From assembly GCA_001804805.1 (NCBI GenBank), contig MHBH01000033.1:62882-126881 (forward strand): a DNA stretch of 64,000 bases. Direction: 5' to 3'. The notes under the pieces are model-generated. The model saw nothing but the letters and a program-made list of their open reading frames with translations. It ran no database searches and had not been told where the DNA came from. Source of the stretch: Lentisphaerae bacterium GWF2_49_21. Lineage in GTDB: Bacteria > Verrucomicrobiota > Lentisphaeria > Victivallales > GWF2-50-93. Shown here one piece after another: positions 47,973 through 57,590 of this stretch; within the stretch, counting starts at the first letter, position 1; the number at the start of each line of letters is the position of its first letter. The position numbers and the translations under genes were made by a program.

Positions 47973-49007
47973 TCACTTGACTGTCAGCAGGTGGCTGAAT
48001 ACAAAATAGGCTATAGCGGCGAAAGTCGCTGATGCAGGAATTGTTATTATCCAGGCCCAGATGATCTTCCGGGCTGTGATCCATCTCACCGGTGCACGCT
48101 GCGTGGTGCCGACGCCCATGATTGATCCGGCTATGACGTGGGTAGTGCTGACCGGAATTCCGAAATGCTGCGTTCCGAGGAGTACCACAGCAGCGGATGT
48201 TTCGGCGCAGAAGCCTTCAGTCGCATGAATCTTGGTTATGCTTGTTCCCATTGTCTTCACTATACGCCATCCTCCGCAGATAGTGCCGAGTGCAAGGGCG
48301 GAATAGCAGGCCAGTATGACCCATTTATCGAGTGTAAATTCCTTGTTTATCCCCCCTGCGAAAAGGACCAGTGCGATTATTCCCATTGTCTTCTGGGAGT
48401 CGTTGGTGCCATGTCCGATGCCGTAGCATGCTGCAGATACAAGCTGCAGCTTCTTGAAGAGGGAAGCTGATTTCTTGTGGTCCGTCTTTCTGAACAGCCA
48501 CAGTACAATTGCTGTGAATATCATTGCTCCGAGCATGCCCAGGAAAGGAGCGACCAGTATGAAGGAGACAATCTTCAATACTCCGCCCCATATCACTATC
48601 TTTGTGCCGACTGCGACCAGTCCGCTTCCTACCAGACCTCCGATAAGAGCATGGCTGCTTGAAGTCGGAAGTCCGAGAAGCCAGGTGATGATGTTCCATA
48701 TTATCGCGCCGACAAGGGCTCCAAGGAGGATATGAAGACCAAGACCAGCGTCGAATCCCTGCCCGCCTGGTTTCAATATCGCGGATTCTATCACGCCCGT
48801 GCCGACCATTTTGGCGACGGCTGTTCCGAAAAGGAAATAACCGACGAAATCGGCGCAGCCTGCGAGAAGGACCGCCTGGAACGGAGTGAGGGTCTTTGAC
48901 ACCACGACGGTGGCGATGGCGTTCGCGGCATCATGGAATCCGTTGAGGAAGTCGAACATGATGGCGAGGGCTATGACAATTACAACTAGAGTGAAAGTCG
49001 TTACCAT
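47973..49007 (-). CDS. inorganic phosphate transporter, PiT family
   Basis: N-terminal FDFLNGFHDAANAIATVV and second-half GHGTNDSQKTMGII are PiT signature repeats. Confidence 0.9.
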   Translation of the reverse strand: MVTTFTLVVIVIALAIMFDFLNGFHDAANAIATVVVSKTLTPFQAVLLAGCADFVGYFLFGTAVAKMVGTGVIESAILKPGGQGFDAGLGLHILLGALVGAIIWNIITWLLGLPTSSSHALIGGLVGSGLVAVGTKIVIWGGVLKIVSFILVAPFLGMLGAMIFTAIVLWLFRKTDHKKSASLFKKLQLVSAACYGIGHGTNDSQKTMGIIALVLFAGGINKEFTLDKWVILACYSALALGTICGGWRIVKTMGTSITKIHATEGFCAETSAAVVLLGTQHFGIPVSTTHVIAGSIMGVGTTQRAPVRWITARKIIWAWIITIPASATFAAIAYFVFSHLLTVK

Positions 49008-49010
49008 GGA

Positions 49011-49655
49011 TTAGCCCTGTTTTACTACTATTCCCCTGACTATCTTGCCGATGAAGTCGACGGAGTCGACGACGGCCTCGAGATGTTCATATATTTCCTT
49101 ATACTTGATGATATCGACAGGAGAATGATTCCCATGGAAGAGTTCTGCCATGCTTGTATGGAAGAGTTCATCAGCCTTGTTCTCAAGCTCATGTATCTTC
49201 CTGACTATCAAATTCAGGTCGTTCTTTGATTCAAGTGCGGCGAACAGCCTCCTGAGTTCGACGGCGATCTCGGTGATGAGGTCGGCGAACCGGCATATGT
49301 TCACCGGCACCTTGTCCACACCGTATATCTCGAATTTCCTGGCGATGCTGTTTAGGATGTCGAGGGATTTGTCGACGTTCAGGACTATCATGTGTATGTC
49401 CTCGCGGTCGAGGGGGGTGATGAAGGTCTTGTGGAGTTCGTCGATTATGTGATGCTCGAGATCGTCTCCCTTCTGCTCCAGCTCGTTTATCCTCTTGATA
49501 AGATTGTTCCTGTCGGCCACGCTCATGCTCTCTATGTTGGAGACGAGTTTCTTGAAGGCTTCACAGCCTTCTATGAAGATCTCCGCCTGCTCGGTCAGAT
49601 ACTTGAAGAATTTAATCTCCCTTGGCAGAAGGAGATCAAAAATGTTGAACTTCAT
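49011..49655 (-). CDS. DUF47/PhoU-like phosphate-transport accessory protein
   Basis: FLLPREIKFFKYLTEQAE..., a four-helix PhoU-like protein immediately upstream of PiT (the conserved pair). Confidence 0.85.
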   Translation of the reverse strand: MKFNIFDLLLPREIKFFKYLTEQAEIFIEGCEAFKKLVSNIESMSVADRNNLIKRINELEQKGDDLEHHIIDELHKTFITPLDREDIHMIVLNVDKSLDILNSIARKFEIYGVDKVPVNICRFADLITEIAVELRRLFAALESKNDLNLIVRKIHELENKADELFHTSMAELFHGNHSPVDIIKYKEIYEHLEAVVDSVDFIGKIVRGIVVKQG

Positions 49656-49754
49656 GTTTTACCTCGTTATAGTAAGAGTTTTGGAAAATAATAAAATGGA
49701 TTACCATATCCTGACAATTTTTTAACAATACATTATAAGAATTATTTTAAAAGC

Positions 49755-51017
49755 ATGAAATACGAAAAATATATTTTAAAGAACAGGGGCGGACACAGAC
49801 TGGAGGGGCAGCCCTGCCGGAAGTATAAAAACGCCGTTGTAATTCCCGCCTACGCCGAAATGGAATTCCTCCCGCATGCGCTCAAGGCGCTTTCGGAGAA
49901 CAATCCCGCAGAGTTGGAAGAGACGATGATCGTGGTCGTTGTCAACAACCCCCCGCCCGGGGCCGCGGACCCCGCAAAGGTCCGGGAGAACACTGAAAAG
50001 CTCGAAGCGATGCGGAATTCGCAGTTCCCGTACCAGTACAGGCTCCAGTTCTTCTGGATCGACGCTTCAAGCCACGGACTGGAGATCAATCCGAAGGAGG
50101 GGGTCGGTGCCGCGAGGAAGATCGGTATGGACGCGGCACTGGAATTCCTTGATTTGGACCGGGGAGCTCCGCTTATAATTTCCCTCGACGCAGATACCAT
50201 GGTCGAGAAAAATTATCTGGAAACGATACATGGCTATTTCATCTCGAATCCGGGAATGGCCGGAGCGACGGTCAATTTCAGACATCAGCCCGGCAGGACT
50301 CCAGAGGAAGACGCAGCCATCACACAATATGAGCTTTTCATGAGATATTATGTCGAAGGACTGCGGATTTCGCAGTCTCCCTATGCCTACAACGTTCTTG
50401 GTTCGGCGATGGTATGCAAGGCCGAGGATTATGTCAGATCAGGGGGCATGCGCAGGCGCAACGGCGGAGAGGACTTCTATTTCATGCAGGCGCTCAGGAA
50501 ACTCGGAGGGATCGGACAGATAACGGGAACGACAGTCCATCCTTCGCCGCGGCCTTCAGACCGCGTCCCCTTCGGTACCGGCCCGCGGATTTCGCAGATT
50601 TTGAACGGGCGTCAGGAGCTCATGTTCTATAATCCGGAAATATTCTTCATATTAAAAAAATTATTTTCAATTGTCGACGGTCTGGATATTGCATGTCCAG
50701 TTTTTGATATAGAGATGCTTGATTCCATGGTCAGGGAATATCTTATAGGAAATAAATTTTTTGATGAATGGAAGAAGATCCTGCTGAACACGCCGAGGGA
50801 GAAGGGGAAGATACCCTTCGCCTTCCATACCTGGTTCGATGCATTCAGGACCTTGAAGTTCGTGCATTTCTGCGAGAGCAGATATCCGAGGATGCATCTT
50901 ATGGAGGCATATGTCGGGATATATGAAAAATCTGGCAGGCGCCTGCCAGACCATGTGAGATCTTCTGAGAAGAATCTCCTTGGGTTTATGAGGAATAAAA
51001 AACGGAGGGTCTTATGA
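49755..51017 (+). CDS. glycosyltransferase family 2-like protein
   Basis: VVIPAYAEMEFLPHALKALS ... ISLDADTMVEKNYL, a GT-A fold with a DxD-like DAD. The assignment is tentative. Confidence 0.55.
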   Translation: MKYEKYILKNRGGHRLEGQPCRKYKNAVVIPAYAEMEFLPHALKALSENNPAELEETMIVVVVNNPPPGAADPAKVRENTEKLEAMRNSQFPYQYRLQFFWIDASSHGLEINPKEGVGAARKIGMDAALEFLDLDRGAPLIISLDADTMVEKNYLETIHGYFISNPGMAGATVNFRHQPGRTPEEDAAITQYELFMRYYVEGLRISQSPYAYNVLGSAMVCKAEDYVRSGGMRRRNGGEDFYFMQALRKLGGIGQITGTTVHPSPRPSDRVPFGTGPRISQILNGRQELMFYNPEIFFILKKLFSIVDGLDIACPVFDIEMLDSMVREYLIGNKFFDEWKKILLNTPREKGKIPFAFHTWFDAFRTLKFVHFCESRYPRMHLMEAYVGIYEKSGRRLPDHVRSSEKNLLGFMRNKKRRVL

Positions 51018-51673
51018 GGAAAAATGTTTTGATTGCGGTTGCCGCTGTGTTTTCACTGATTGCATATGGAGATGGGGCCGGGTTGATTGAACAACCAAAG
51101 CTTCCGTATGAGGAAAACGCGCTTGAGCCTGTGATAACTGCAAAGACCATGGGATTTCATTATGGCAAGCACCACAAGGCCTATGTCGACAAGCTGAACT
51201 CCCTTCTAAAGGACTCGCCGCTTAAAGGCAAAAACCTTGAAGAAATAATTCTTGCGAGTGCGGGCAAGGATGACATGACGGCAATTTTTAATAATGCGGC
51301 CCAGGCCTGGAACCATACGTTCTTCTGGAAGTCGATGAAGCCGTCCGGCGGTGGTGAACCCAAGGGGAAAATGCTTGAACTTATAAATAAATCATTCGGT
51401 TCATATGCTGAATTCAAGAAACAGTTCGCCGATTCCGGAATGGCGCAGTTCGGCAGCGGCTGGGCATGGCTCGTACAGGACGGAGACAAGCTCAGGATCG
51501 TAAAGACGTCAAACGCAGACACCCCGATCGCTCACAAGCTGAATCCCCTGATGACATGCGATGTCTGGGAGCACGCATATTATCTTGACTACCAGAACCG
51601 CAGGGGAGATTTCATAAACGCATTTTTGGACAAGCTGGTGAACTGGGAGTTTGCGGAAGCCAATTTGAAATAA
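51014..51673 (+). CDS. Fe/Mn superoxide dismutase with N-terminal signal peptide
   Basis: LPYEENALEPVITAKTMGFHYGKHHKAYV and DVWEHAYYLDYQNRR. Leader MRKNVLIAVAAVFSLIAYG. ATGA overlap with the upstream gene. Confidence 0.92.
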   Translation: MRKNVLIAVAAVFSLIAYGDGAGLIEQPKLPYEENALEPVITAKTMGFHYGKHHKAYVDKLNSLLKDSPLKGKNLEEIILASAGKDDMTAIFNNAAQAWNHTFFWKSMKPSGGGEPKGKMLELINKSFGSYAEFKKQFADSGMAQFGSGWAWLVQDGDKLRIVKTSNADTPIAHKLNPLMTCDVWEHAYYLDYQNRRGDFINAFLDKLVNWEFAEANLK

Positions 51674-51674
51674 T

Positions 51675-51706
51675 TTTGTTCGGTAGTAGCGCAATTTATT
51701 GCGCGT
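51675..51706 (+). repeat. REP family 4-like single unit
   Basis: TTTTGTTCGGTAGTAGCGCAATTTATTGCGCG (flank plus hairpin GCGCAAT-TT-ATTGCGC). Confidence 0.6.
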
Positions 51707-51712
51707 TGAGTA

Positions 51713-51745
51713 GGTACGTGCTTTAGCATGTACCATCTTTGTTTT
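51713..51745 (+). terminator. probable intrinsic terminator after sod
   Basis: GGTACGTGC-TTTA-GCATGTACC (one G-U) followed by ATCTTTGTTTT. Confidence 0.55.
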
Positions 51746-51834
51746 AAGAATGGGACAGGCTAAAGCCCGTCCCTACTTCAAGAACGCTCGAACACGAGAT
51801 ACTACAAACGAAAGAATTAACATAAAAGGGAAAA

Positions 51835-52893
51835 ATGAAAAGATTTTGTTGTCTTATTGTAATCTTCCTCATCTCATTTTCTGCGTCCGCGCAGAAAATG
51901 ATGCCGAAGAACATCATCTTCATGGTCGGAGACGGCATGGGGCCTGAGCAGGTGAAGGCCGCAGGCATGTATCTCACCGGACAGGAAGGGACGCTTAGTT
52001 TTGAATTAATGCCTGTAAAAGGTGAAGTTACGACAAAATCCGCAGACAGCTCTGTCACCGATTCCGCCGCTGCCGCTACCGCTCTGGCTACCGGAGTGAA
52101 AGTCAACAACAAGGTCGTCAGCGTCGCCTTGCCCGGAGACGGCAAGGACTTGAAGAACATGGTCGAAGTTTTCAAGGAGCAGGGGAAGCTTACCGGAGTT
52201 CTAACCACCAGCTACATGAATGATGCGACTCCCTCCTGTTTCAGCACGCATGGGCGGAAGCGCGACGACTACGTCGAACTGAGCAATAATATGATGAAGG
52301 TCAGCCACCCGAATTTGCTTTTCGGCGGCGGTTGCAAGGGGATGTCTCCGGATCTGCTCAAGGAGGCCGGGTATTCCGTCTCCACAGACCTTGAATCGAT
52401 GGAAAAGCTTTCTGTGGAATCCAAATACTGGGCTGGGCTTTTCGGTGCCTCTCCCATGCCATTTGAGAAAGGTGGTGATTTTTCAAGACTGCCCCACCTC
52501 TCGCAGATGGTTAAAAAGGCCCTTGCACTCCTCGAGAACGATAAAGGATTCTTCATAATGATCGAAGGCGGCCGTATTGACCATGCGGGACATTCTAACA
52601 AGATAGGGGAGAATGTCGCCGAAACTATTGAGTTTGCGAATGCCGTCAAGATGGTTGTCGACTGGGCTAAGGACCGCAAGGATACTTTGATAATTGTGAC
52701 TGCAGACCATGAGACCGGCGGACTGAGTGTCGTCAAGAACAACGGCAAGGGCGTCTATCCTGAAGTGACATGGAAGAGCAAAGGGCATTCAGGTGTGAAT
52801 GTCCCGTTCTACGCCTGGGGCATGAACTCCGAAGCCTTCGGTAAGACGCTTGACAACACCGACTTCTTCAAGATAATCACTTCGTGGAAATAG
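51835..52893 (+). CDS. alkaline phosphatase (PhoA family), secreted
   Basis: FMVGDGMGPEQV, DSAAAATALATGVK (active-site Ser), DHAGHSN, and TADHETGG. Confidence 0.9.
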   Translation: MKRFCCLIVIFLISFSASAQKMMPKNIIFMVGDGMGPEQVKAAGMYLTGQEGTLSFELMPVKGEVTTKSADSSVTDSAAAATALATGVKVNNKVVSVALPGDGKDLKNMVEVFKEQGKLTGVLTTSYMNDATPSCFSTHGRKRDDYVELSNNMMKVSHPNLLFGGGCKGMSPDLLKEAGYSVSTDLESMEKLSVESKYWAGLFGASPMPFEKGGDFSRLPHLSQMVKKALALLENDKGFFIMIEGGRIDHAGHSNKIGENVAETIEFANAVKMVVDWAKDRKDTLIIVTADHETGGLSVVKNNGKGVYPEVTWKSKGHSGVNVPFYAWGMNSEAFGKTLDNTDFFKIITSWK

Positions 52894-52910
52894 GGCAATC
52901 CTCGGCGAGG

Positions 52911-52956
52911 GTAAATATTCACTGAATCCGCCGCGGCGGATTCAGTGAATATTTAC
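52911..52956. repeat. perfect 46-bp palindrome
   Basis: GTAAATATTCACTGAATCCGCCG|CGGCGGATTCAGTGAATATTTAC. 23-bp arms with no mismatch, no spacer and no flanking U-tract. Confidence 0.95.
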
Positions 52957-53107
52957 ATCTAATAAAATGCGAAATCAATACTTTTTTCATGACAAAACGG
53001 ATTTCAACGTGAAAGACATGGTGTACCAAGCCAATTTTTGCATTTTCTTTTTAGTACGGATTAAGTAAACGACATAGTTTACTGAATACGTACCATCGAG
53101 ACCTGGC

Positions 53108-53773
53108 CTACTTCTGGAGTTCTATGTATAACATGCGGCCGACCCATGCATCTGTGGCGGCGTACCGTATCTGGGCCTCCGTAAGGTCACTCCTGCTCCA
53201 GTTTGTTGTCTTGGCGGATTTTGTGATTCGGAATCCAAGCAGGACGGCAGCAAGCCCGCGCAAACCGTGGTTCTGTATTCCTTTTTTCTTTGCAAGATCC
53301 CCGATATCCACAAACCCCGCAGGTTCGAACTGGACCAGGCTTCTGAGCTCGTTGATGTCATGGTTCAGGGAAACTCCCGCTTTGATAATATTTGGATTGG
53401 CAAGAATATCGAGGAGGGGGCGCGGCAAACCTGTAAATTTAAGCTGGAAGAGAAATACTTCATTGGCCCCGGCAAGTTGCAGGAGCGCTGGCGGATATTT
53501 CTCGCCTTTCTGATAAGCCGGTCTTGTTTCCGTGTCAAAACCTAGAAGGCTTTCCTTTTCAAGAAGTCTGACCGCATCAGGCAGTTCGATTTCGGAACGA
53601 ATCAAATGGACTTTCCCTTCATATCTTCCGATGGGACGCTCATTTATTTCATCCTTCTCCATTCTCTTCCATCCGGAATTGACCTGCTGGGCCAATCCTC
53701 CGGAACCGCTGTTGTTTTCCATTATATTGTCCACGATCCATAGGGGTTTAGTTTTGATGTTGACATGATACAA
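53108..53773 (-). CDS. 3'-5' exonuclease domain protein (RNase D/WRN-exonuclease-like)
   Basis: LLGFDTETRP (ExoI), NHDINEL, and YAATDAWV (ExoIII). The start is uncertain: internal Met codons at MENNSG and MEKDE are alternatives. Confidence 0.8.
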   Translation of the reverse strand: MYHVNIKTKPLWIVDNIMENNSGSGGLAQQVNSGWKRMEKDEINERPIGRYEGKVHLIRSEIELPDAVRLLEKESLLGFDTETRPAYQKGEKYPPALLQLAGANEVFLFQLKFTGLPRPLLDILANPNIIKAGVSLNHDINELRSLVQFEPAGFVDIGDLAKKKGIQNHGLRGLAAVLLGFRITKSAKTTNWSRSDLTEAQIRYAATDAWVGRMLYIELQK

Positions 53774-54002
53774 GGTGACACTTTCCAGAAGAAAGGCAAA
53801 TATCGGATTGGAGCACTATGGGGAAACAATCATAGAAAACTCCTGGACCGACTTTTCCTGAATAGGGAAAACACCGGAATGGGCCACGGAGGCAGCGCCT
53901 ATGAATACTGTAAAATCAAGATGATGGTATGTTTCATGTCTCTGCCGAACGCGCAGGCATCATGACGGCGTACTCACCGTTATATGAATGCCATAGTTCG
54001 CA

Positions 54003-54212
54003 TTATTTCAAATTATATTTTTGAACACCAACTGCTAAATAGTTCTCAGGTATATTACAATATTGCTTAAAATCAGCCAAAGACACCTCTTTTCCGTTTA
54101 TATAGGAGTCTCCTTTTTCATTCTTAGTGAATGAAGAAAAAGCCCCATTCCACGGTTTCCCATCCTTGTATCCATCATTTCTTCGATTCTTAACTGTCGC
54201 TTCGCGTGACAT
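54003..54212 (-). CDS. small hypothetical protein in an AT-rich islet
   Basis: 69-aa ORF MSREATVKNRRNDGYKDGKPWNG.... The local composition is visibly more AT-rich than its neighbours. Confidence 0.4.
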   Translation of the reverse strand: MSREATVKNRRNDGYKDGKPWNGAFSSFTKNEKGDSYINGKEVSLADFKQYCNIPENYLAVGVQKYNLK

Positions 54213-54281
54213 GTAAATTTTGAATTCAGGGATTAACTCGGCGGCTTAGTGCCTTTGTGCGAGGATATCCTTCCTGATTTC

Positions 54282-55397
54282 TTAAACACCTGTGATAGCC
54301 GGCTCCTGTTTCAGTCCTTTCGGATGCAGATGGTTTAAAGTCTCCTCGCGGATGAGCGCGCCCATCTCGGAGGTAGAGACCCTGCGGTAGCCCTCGTGCC
54401 AAAGATCGCCTGTACGGGAATTCCCGCCCATTGCCGATGCAACTCCATGTCGCACAGCTGCTGCGGCATGCGCTTCACCGAGTTCCTCCAGCATCATGGC
54501 TGCCGAGAGGATCATTGCCGTCGGATTGGCCTTGCCTTGTCCGGCGATATCCGGAGCAGAGCCATGTACGGGCTCGAAGAGGCCAACTCTTCCACCGATG
54601 CTTGCCGAGGGTAGGAGGCCAAGGGATCCACCGAGGGTGGCGGAGACATCTGATAAGATGTCCCCGAAAAGATTTTCCGTAAGGATCACATCGAACTGCC
54701 GTGGCCTGATCACCATCTGCATGGCGGCGTTGTCGATATACATGTGGCCCAGTTCTACATCCGGGAACTCGGTTGCATGGAGCCTTTTTACGGTGTCGCG
54801 CCATAGGCGTGAGACCTCCAGGACATTTGCCTTGTCCACCGATGTCACCTTGTTGCGCCGCTTGCGCGCCTTGTCGAATGCAACACGGGACACCCGTTCT
54901 ATTTCTCCGACTGAATATCGCATGGTGTTGAAAGCCTCGTTGCCATCGTTGCCCACCGGCTGTCCAAAATAGATTCCGCCTGTCAGTTCGCGTACCGTGA
55001 GCAGATCAATCCCGATGACCTCGGAGGGACGCAGTGGCGATGATTCCGCAAGCGAGGGTGAGACCGAGACAGGGCGCAAGTTGGCGAAAACACCGAGTTC
55101 CTTGCGGATTTTCAGGAGACCGGATTCCGGGCGCATGGCACCGGTCAAATCGTCCCATTTCGGACCGCCGACGGCAGCAAGGAGGACGGCGTCGGAGGAT
55201 TTACACAGCTCGAGTGTCTTTTGCGGCATTGGATCGCCTGCCTTGTCGATTGCGGCCCCGCCGGCGAGTGCTTCCGTATAATTGAATTCCAGATCTGTCT
55301 GTGCTGCTATCGCATCAAGCAGTTTGACGCTCTCCGCTATCACCTCAGGTCCGATTCCGTCGCCTGGAAGCAAAGCTATCCGATATTGTTTTTTCAT
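54282..55397 (-). CDS. leuB: 3-isopropylmalate dehydrogenase
   Basis: IALLPGDGIGPEV, NLFGDILSD, and GSAPDIAGQGKANP motifs. Confidence 0.95.
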   Translation of the reverse strand: MKKQYRIALLPGDGIGPEVIAESVKLLDAIAAQTDLEFNYTEALAGGAAIDKAGDPMPQKTLELCKSSDAVLLAAVGGPKWDDLTGAMRPESGLLKIRKELGVFANLRPVSVSPSLAESSPLRPSEVIGIDLLTVRELTGGIYFGQPVGNDGNEAFNTMRYSVGEIERVSRVAFDKARKRRNKVTSVDKANVLEVSRLWRDTVKRLHATEFPDVELGHMYIDNAAMQMVIRPRQFDVILTENLFGDILSDVSATLGGSLGLLPSASIGGRVGLFEPVHGSAPDIAGQGKANPTAMILSAAMMLEELGEAHAAAAVRHGVASAMGGNSRTGDLWHEGYRRVSTSEMGALIREETLNHLHPKGLKQEPAITGV

Positions 55398-55402
55398 CTG
55401 GA

Positions 55403-55954
55403 TTATTTTCCGCCTGTCGGAGGCTTGAGTTCGAAGTCATTGACCGGTTCGGCCTTCTTTTCGGCTTCAGGTTTCTTTTCTCCCTCAGCTCCTGCTGCAG
55501 GACGCTGCGGGCGGAGTTCGTCCATGGCGAGCTTCCCGTCACCGTTCGTGTCAAGTTTCTTCAATGACGCTGCAGATGCTGCGATTTCTTTTTCGTCAAT
55601 TGTCATGTCGCCGTTTGTATCAAGAGTGGAGCTCATGCGAGACGGACGTTTCACTTCGGCGCCTTCAGTGGCTCCGGGGCGCTGGAAACGATATTCTTCA
55701 TAAGAGAGTTTGCCGTCTTTGTCCTTGTCGAGTTTCTTGAGAGCTGCCGGAGCGCCGGCGATTTCCTTGTCGTCGATTGTCATGTCGCTATTTGCATCAA
55801 GGGCTGAAATCAGCGGTGGCATCGGTCGTTTGACTTCAGTACCGGGCGCACCACCTCCGCCATGCTGTTTTGCCTGGCCGCCGCCGTCCTGTGCGAAAGT
55901 GGACAGTGACGAAATGAGCAGGCCCGATATGGCGAGAACGAGAATCTTCTTCAT
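55403..55954 (-). CDS. secreted EF-hand calcium-binding protein (two EF-hand pairs)
   Basis: I prefer ATG 55954 (AAAGGAG SD; MKKILVLAISGLLISSLSTFAQ). Loops DANSDMTIDDKE, DKDKDGKLSYEE, DTNGDMTIDEKE and DTNGDGKLAMDE. The longer track ORF start at 56293 is rejected. Confidence 0.8.
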   Translation of the reverse strand: MKKILVLAISGLLISSLSTFAQDGGGQAKQHGGGGAPGTEVKRPMPPLISALDANSDMTIDDKEIAGAPAALKKLDKDKDGKLSYEEYRFQRPGATEGAEVKRPSRMSSTLDTNGDMTIDEKEIAASAASLKKLDTNGDGKLAMDELRPQRPAAGAEGEKKPEAEKKAEPVNDFELKPPTGGK

Positions 55955-56168
55955 AAGCAGCTCCTTTCCGATGTTTTGAATATATGATTGCCCTGAAATC
56001 GAGCTTTTCAAGTGCAAATCACAACTGCAGCTTATACACGGACACGGAACTTCCTTAGGGAGTGGTCCAGTTTCCGGAGGATGTCCTTTGCGAAGCTTGA
56101 TGAAGCAGCCCTTCCGCACTACTTTATAATTGATTATGTGCGGGTATGGCAAAAGGAGGAATGAATAT

Positions 56169-57590
56169 ATGGAACGAAGGGATTTCCTGAGATTGATGGG
56201 ATACGGTGCGGCTTTGGGAATGCTACCGACGCTTGTTTCAGCGCAGGAGAAGATAGCAAAACGTCCGAACATACTCTTTGTCTTTTCCGACATGCAGAGG
56301 GCGTATTCGATGGGTTGCTATGGTGACAAAAACGCCAGAACTCCGAATCTGGACAAGTTTGCGAAGGAAGGGATCCGTATGGATTCCGCCATTTCAAACA
56401 CCCCCGTGTGCTGTCCTTTCCGTGCCTGCCTGATGAGCGGGCAGTATGCGCACAACCACGGCATGATCAGCAACGGCACCGACTTCTATCCGAAAGTAAA
56501 ATGCATTGCCGAAACATTCCGTGACGCCGGATATGAGACCGGATATGCGGGCAAATGGCATCTCGAATTTCCAAAGAAAGCCGCCGACCGCCGATTCGGT
56601 TTTCCAGCCGAGGGAACCGAATACGGAAAATATACGCATGAGAGGGAGCCTGTTCCAGACACTGAACTTGCAATGAAATTCATCCGCGAAAAAAGCAAGG
56701 CTGAAAAGCCCTGGATGTTCTTTGTCTCCTGGATAATGCCGCATACTCCTTATAAGGCGTCTGCGGGATTTGCTGAACATTTCTCCAAGATTGAAATTCC
56801 GCCGAACGTTCCCGAAGGAGCCGCCCGGGAGCATGCGGAAAAGGCCTTGCCGGAATATTATGGGATGATTGAGGGCATTGATGTGCAGTTTGGAAGGCTA
56901 ATGCAGGAGCTTGAGAAGGCGGGCGCCGCCGAGGACACGATCGTGGTTTTCACGTCCGACCACGGCGACATGATTGGTTCTCATGGCTACAAGGTCAAAC
57001 GCTGGCCGCATGAGGAATCCGCCCGCATCCCGTTCCTGATCCGATATCCGCGCTCATTGCCGGCGGGACGAACCATAGAGGATCCGTTCGGAGCTCCGGA
57101 CATTTATCCGACGCTTGCCGGACTTGCCGGAGTAGAGGTGCCCAAAGGTCTCGACGGAATGGACTATTCACAGCTGCTCATTGGGAAATCTGACAAGCCT
57201 CCGCGCGACTACGTCTACATGGAGATGCATTATGCGTATGTGCCGTGGCCGGGATGGCGTGCAATCCGCACACGCGACATGATGTATGCGCGTACTGTCG
57301 ACAAGCCATGGCTGCTCTTCGATCTGAAAAAGGATCCATGGGAGATGAAAAACCTGGTCGATGATCCGGCTCAGCAGGAACTCGTCAGGAAAATGGACGA
57401 CAGGCTCCAGTCGATCATGAAGGAGACCGGCGATTCCTGGGAGCTCAAGGCCACCAGCGGAGATCTGGAAAACTGGGTTCCGGGAGGGAGCAAGCAGGAT
57501 TCGCAGAATCTTGGGCATTCATATCCCGGAGAGATCAAGTCAAAGGAACCGGCTGGCAAGAAAAAGAAGAAAGGTGACAACGGAGAATAA
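56169..57590 (+). CDS. sulfatase (formylglycine-dependent), Tat-type signal
   Basis: MERRDFLRLMGYGAALGMLPTLVSAQE twin-Arg leader, and the CCPFRACLMSG (C-x-P-x-R) formylglycine motif. Confidence 0.9.
   Translation: MERRDFLRLMGYGAALGMLPTLVSAQEKIAKRPNILFVFSDMQRAYSMGCYGDKNARTPNLDKFAKEGIRMDSAISNTPVCCPFRACLMSGQYAHNHGMISNGTDFYPKVKCIAETFRDAGYETGYAGKWHLEFPKKAADRRFGFPAEGTEYGKYTHEREPVPDTELAMKFIREKSKAEKPWMFFVSWIMPHTPYKASAGFAEHFSKIEIPPNVPEGAAREHAEKALPEYYGMIEGIDVQFGRLMQELEKAGAAEDTIVVFTSDHGDMIGSHGYKVKRWPHEESARIPFLIRYPRSLPAGRTIEDPFGAPDIYPTLAGLAGVEVPKGLDGMDYSQLLIGKSDKPPRDYVYMEMHYAYVPWPGWRAIRTRDMMYARTVDKPWLLFDLKKDPWEMKNLVDDPAQQELVRKMDDRLQSIMKETGDSWELKATSGDLENWVPGGSKQDSQNLGHSYPGEIKSKEPAGKKKKKGDNGE

Noticed and set aside
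55955-56293. 113-codon upstream extension of the EF-hand gene
   Set aside because: It overlaps the divergent sulfatase promoter and 5' end. It has no RBS, whereas ATG 55954 has AAAGGAG and yields a canonical signal peptide.
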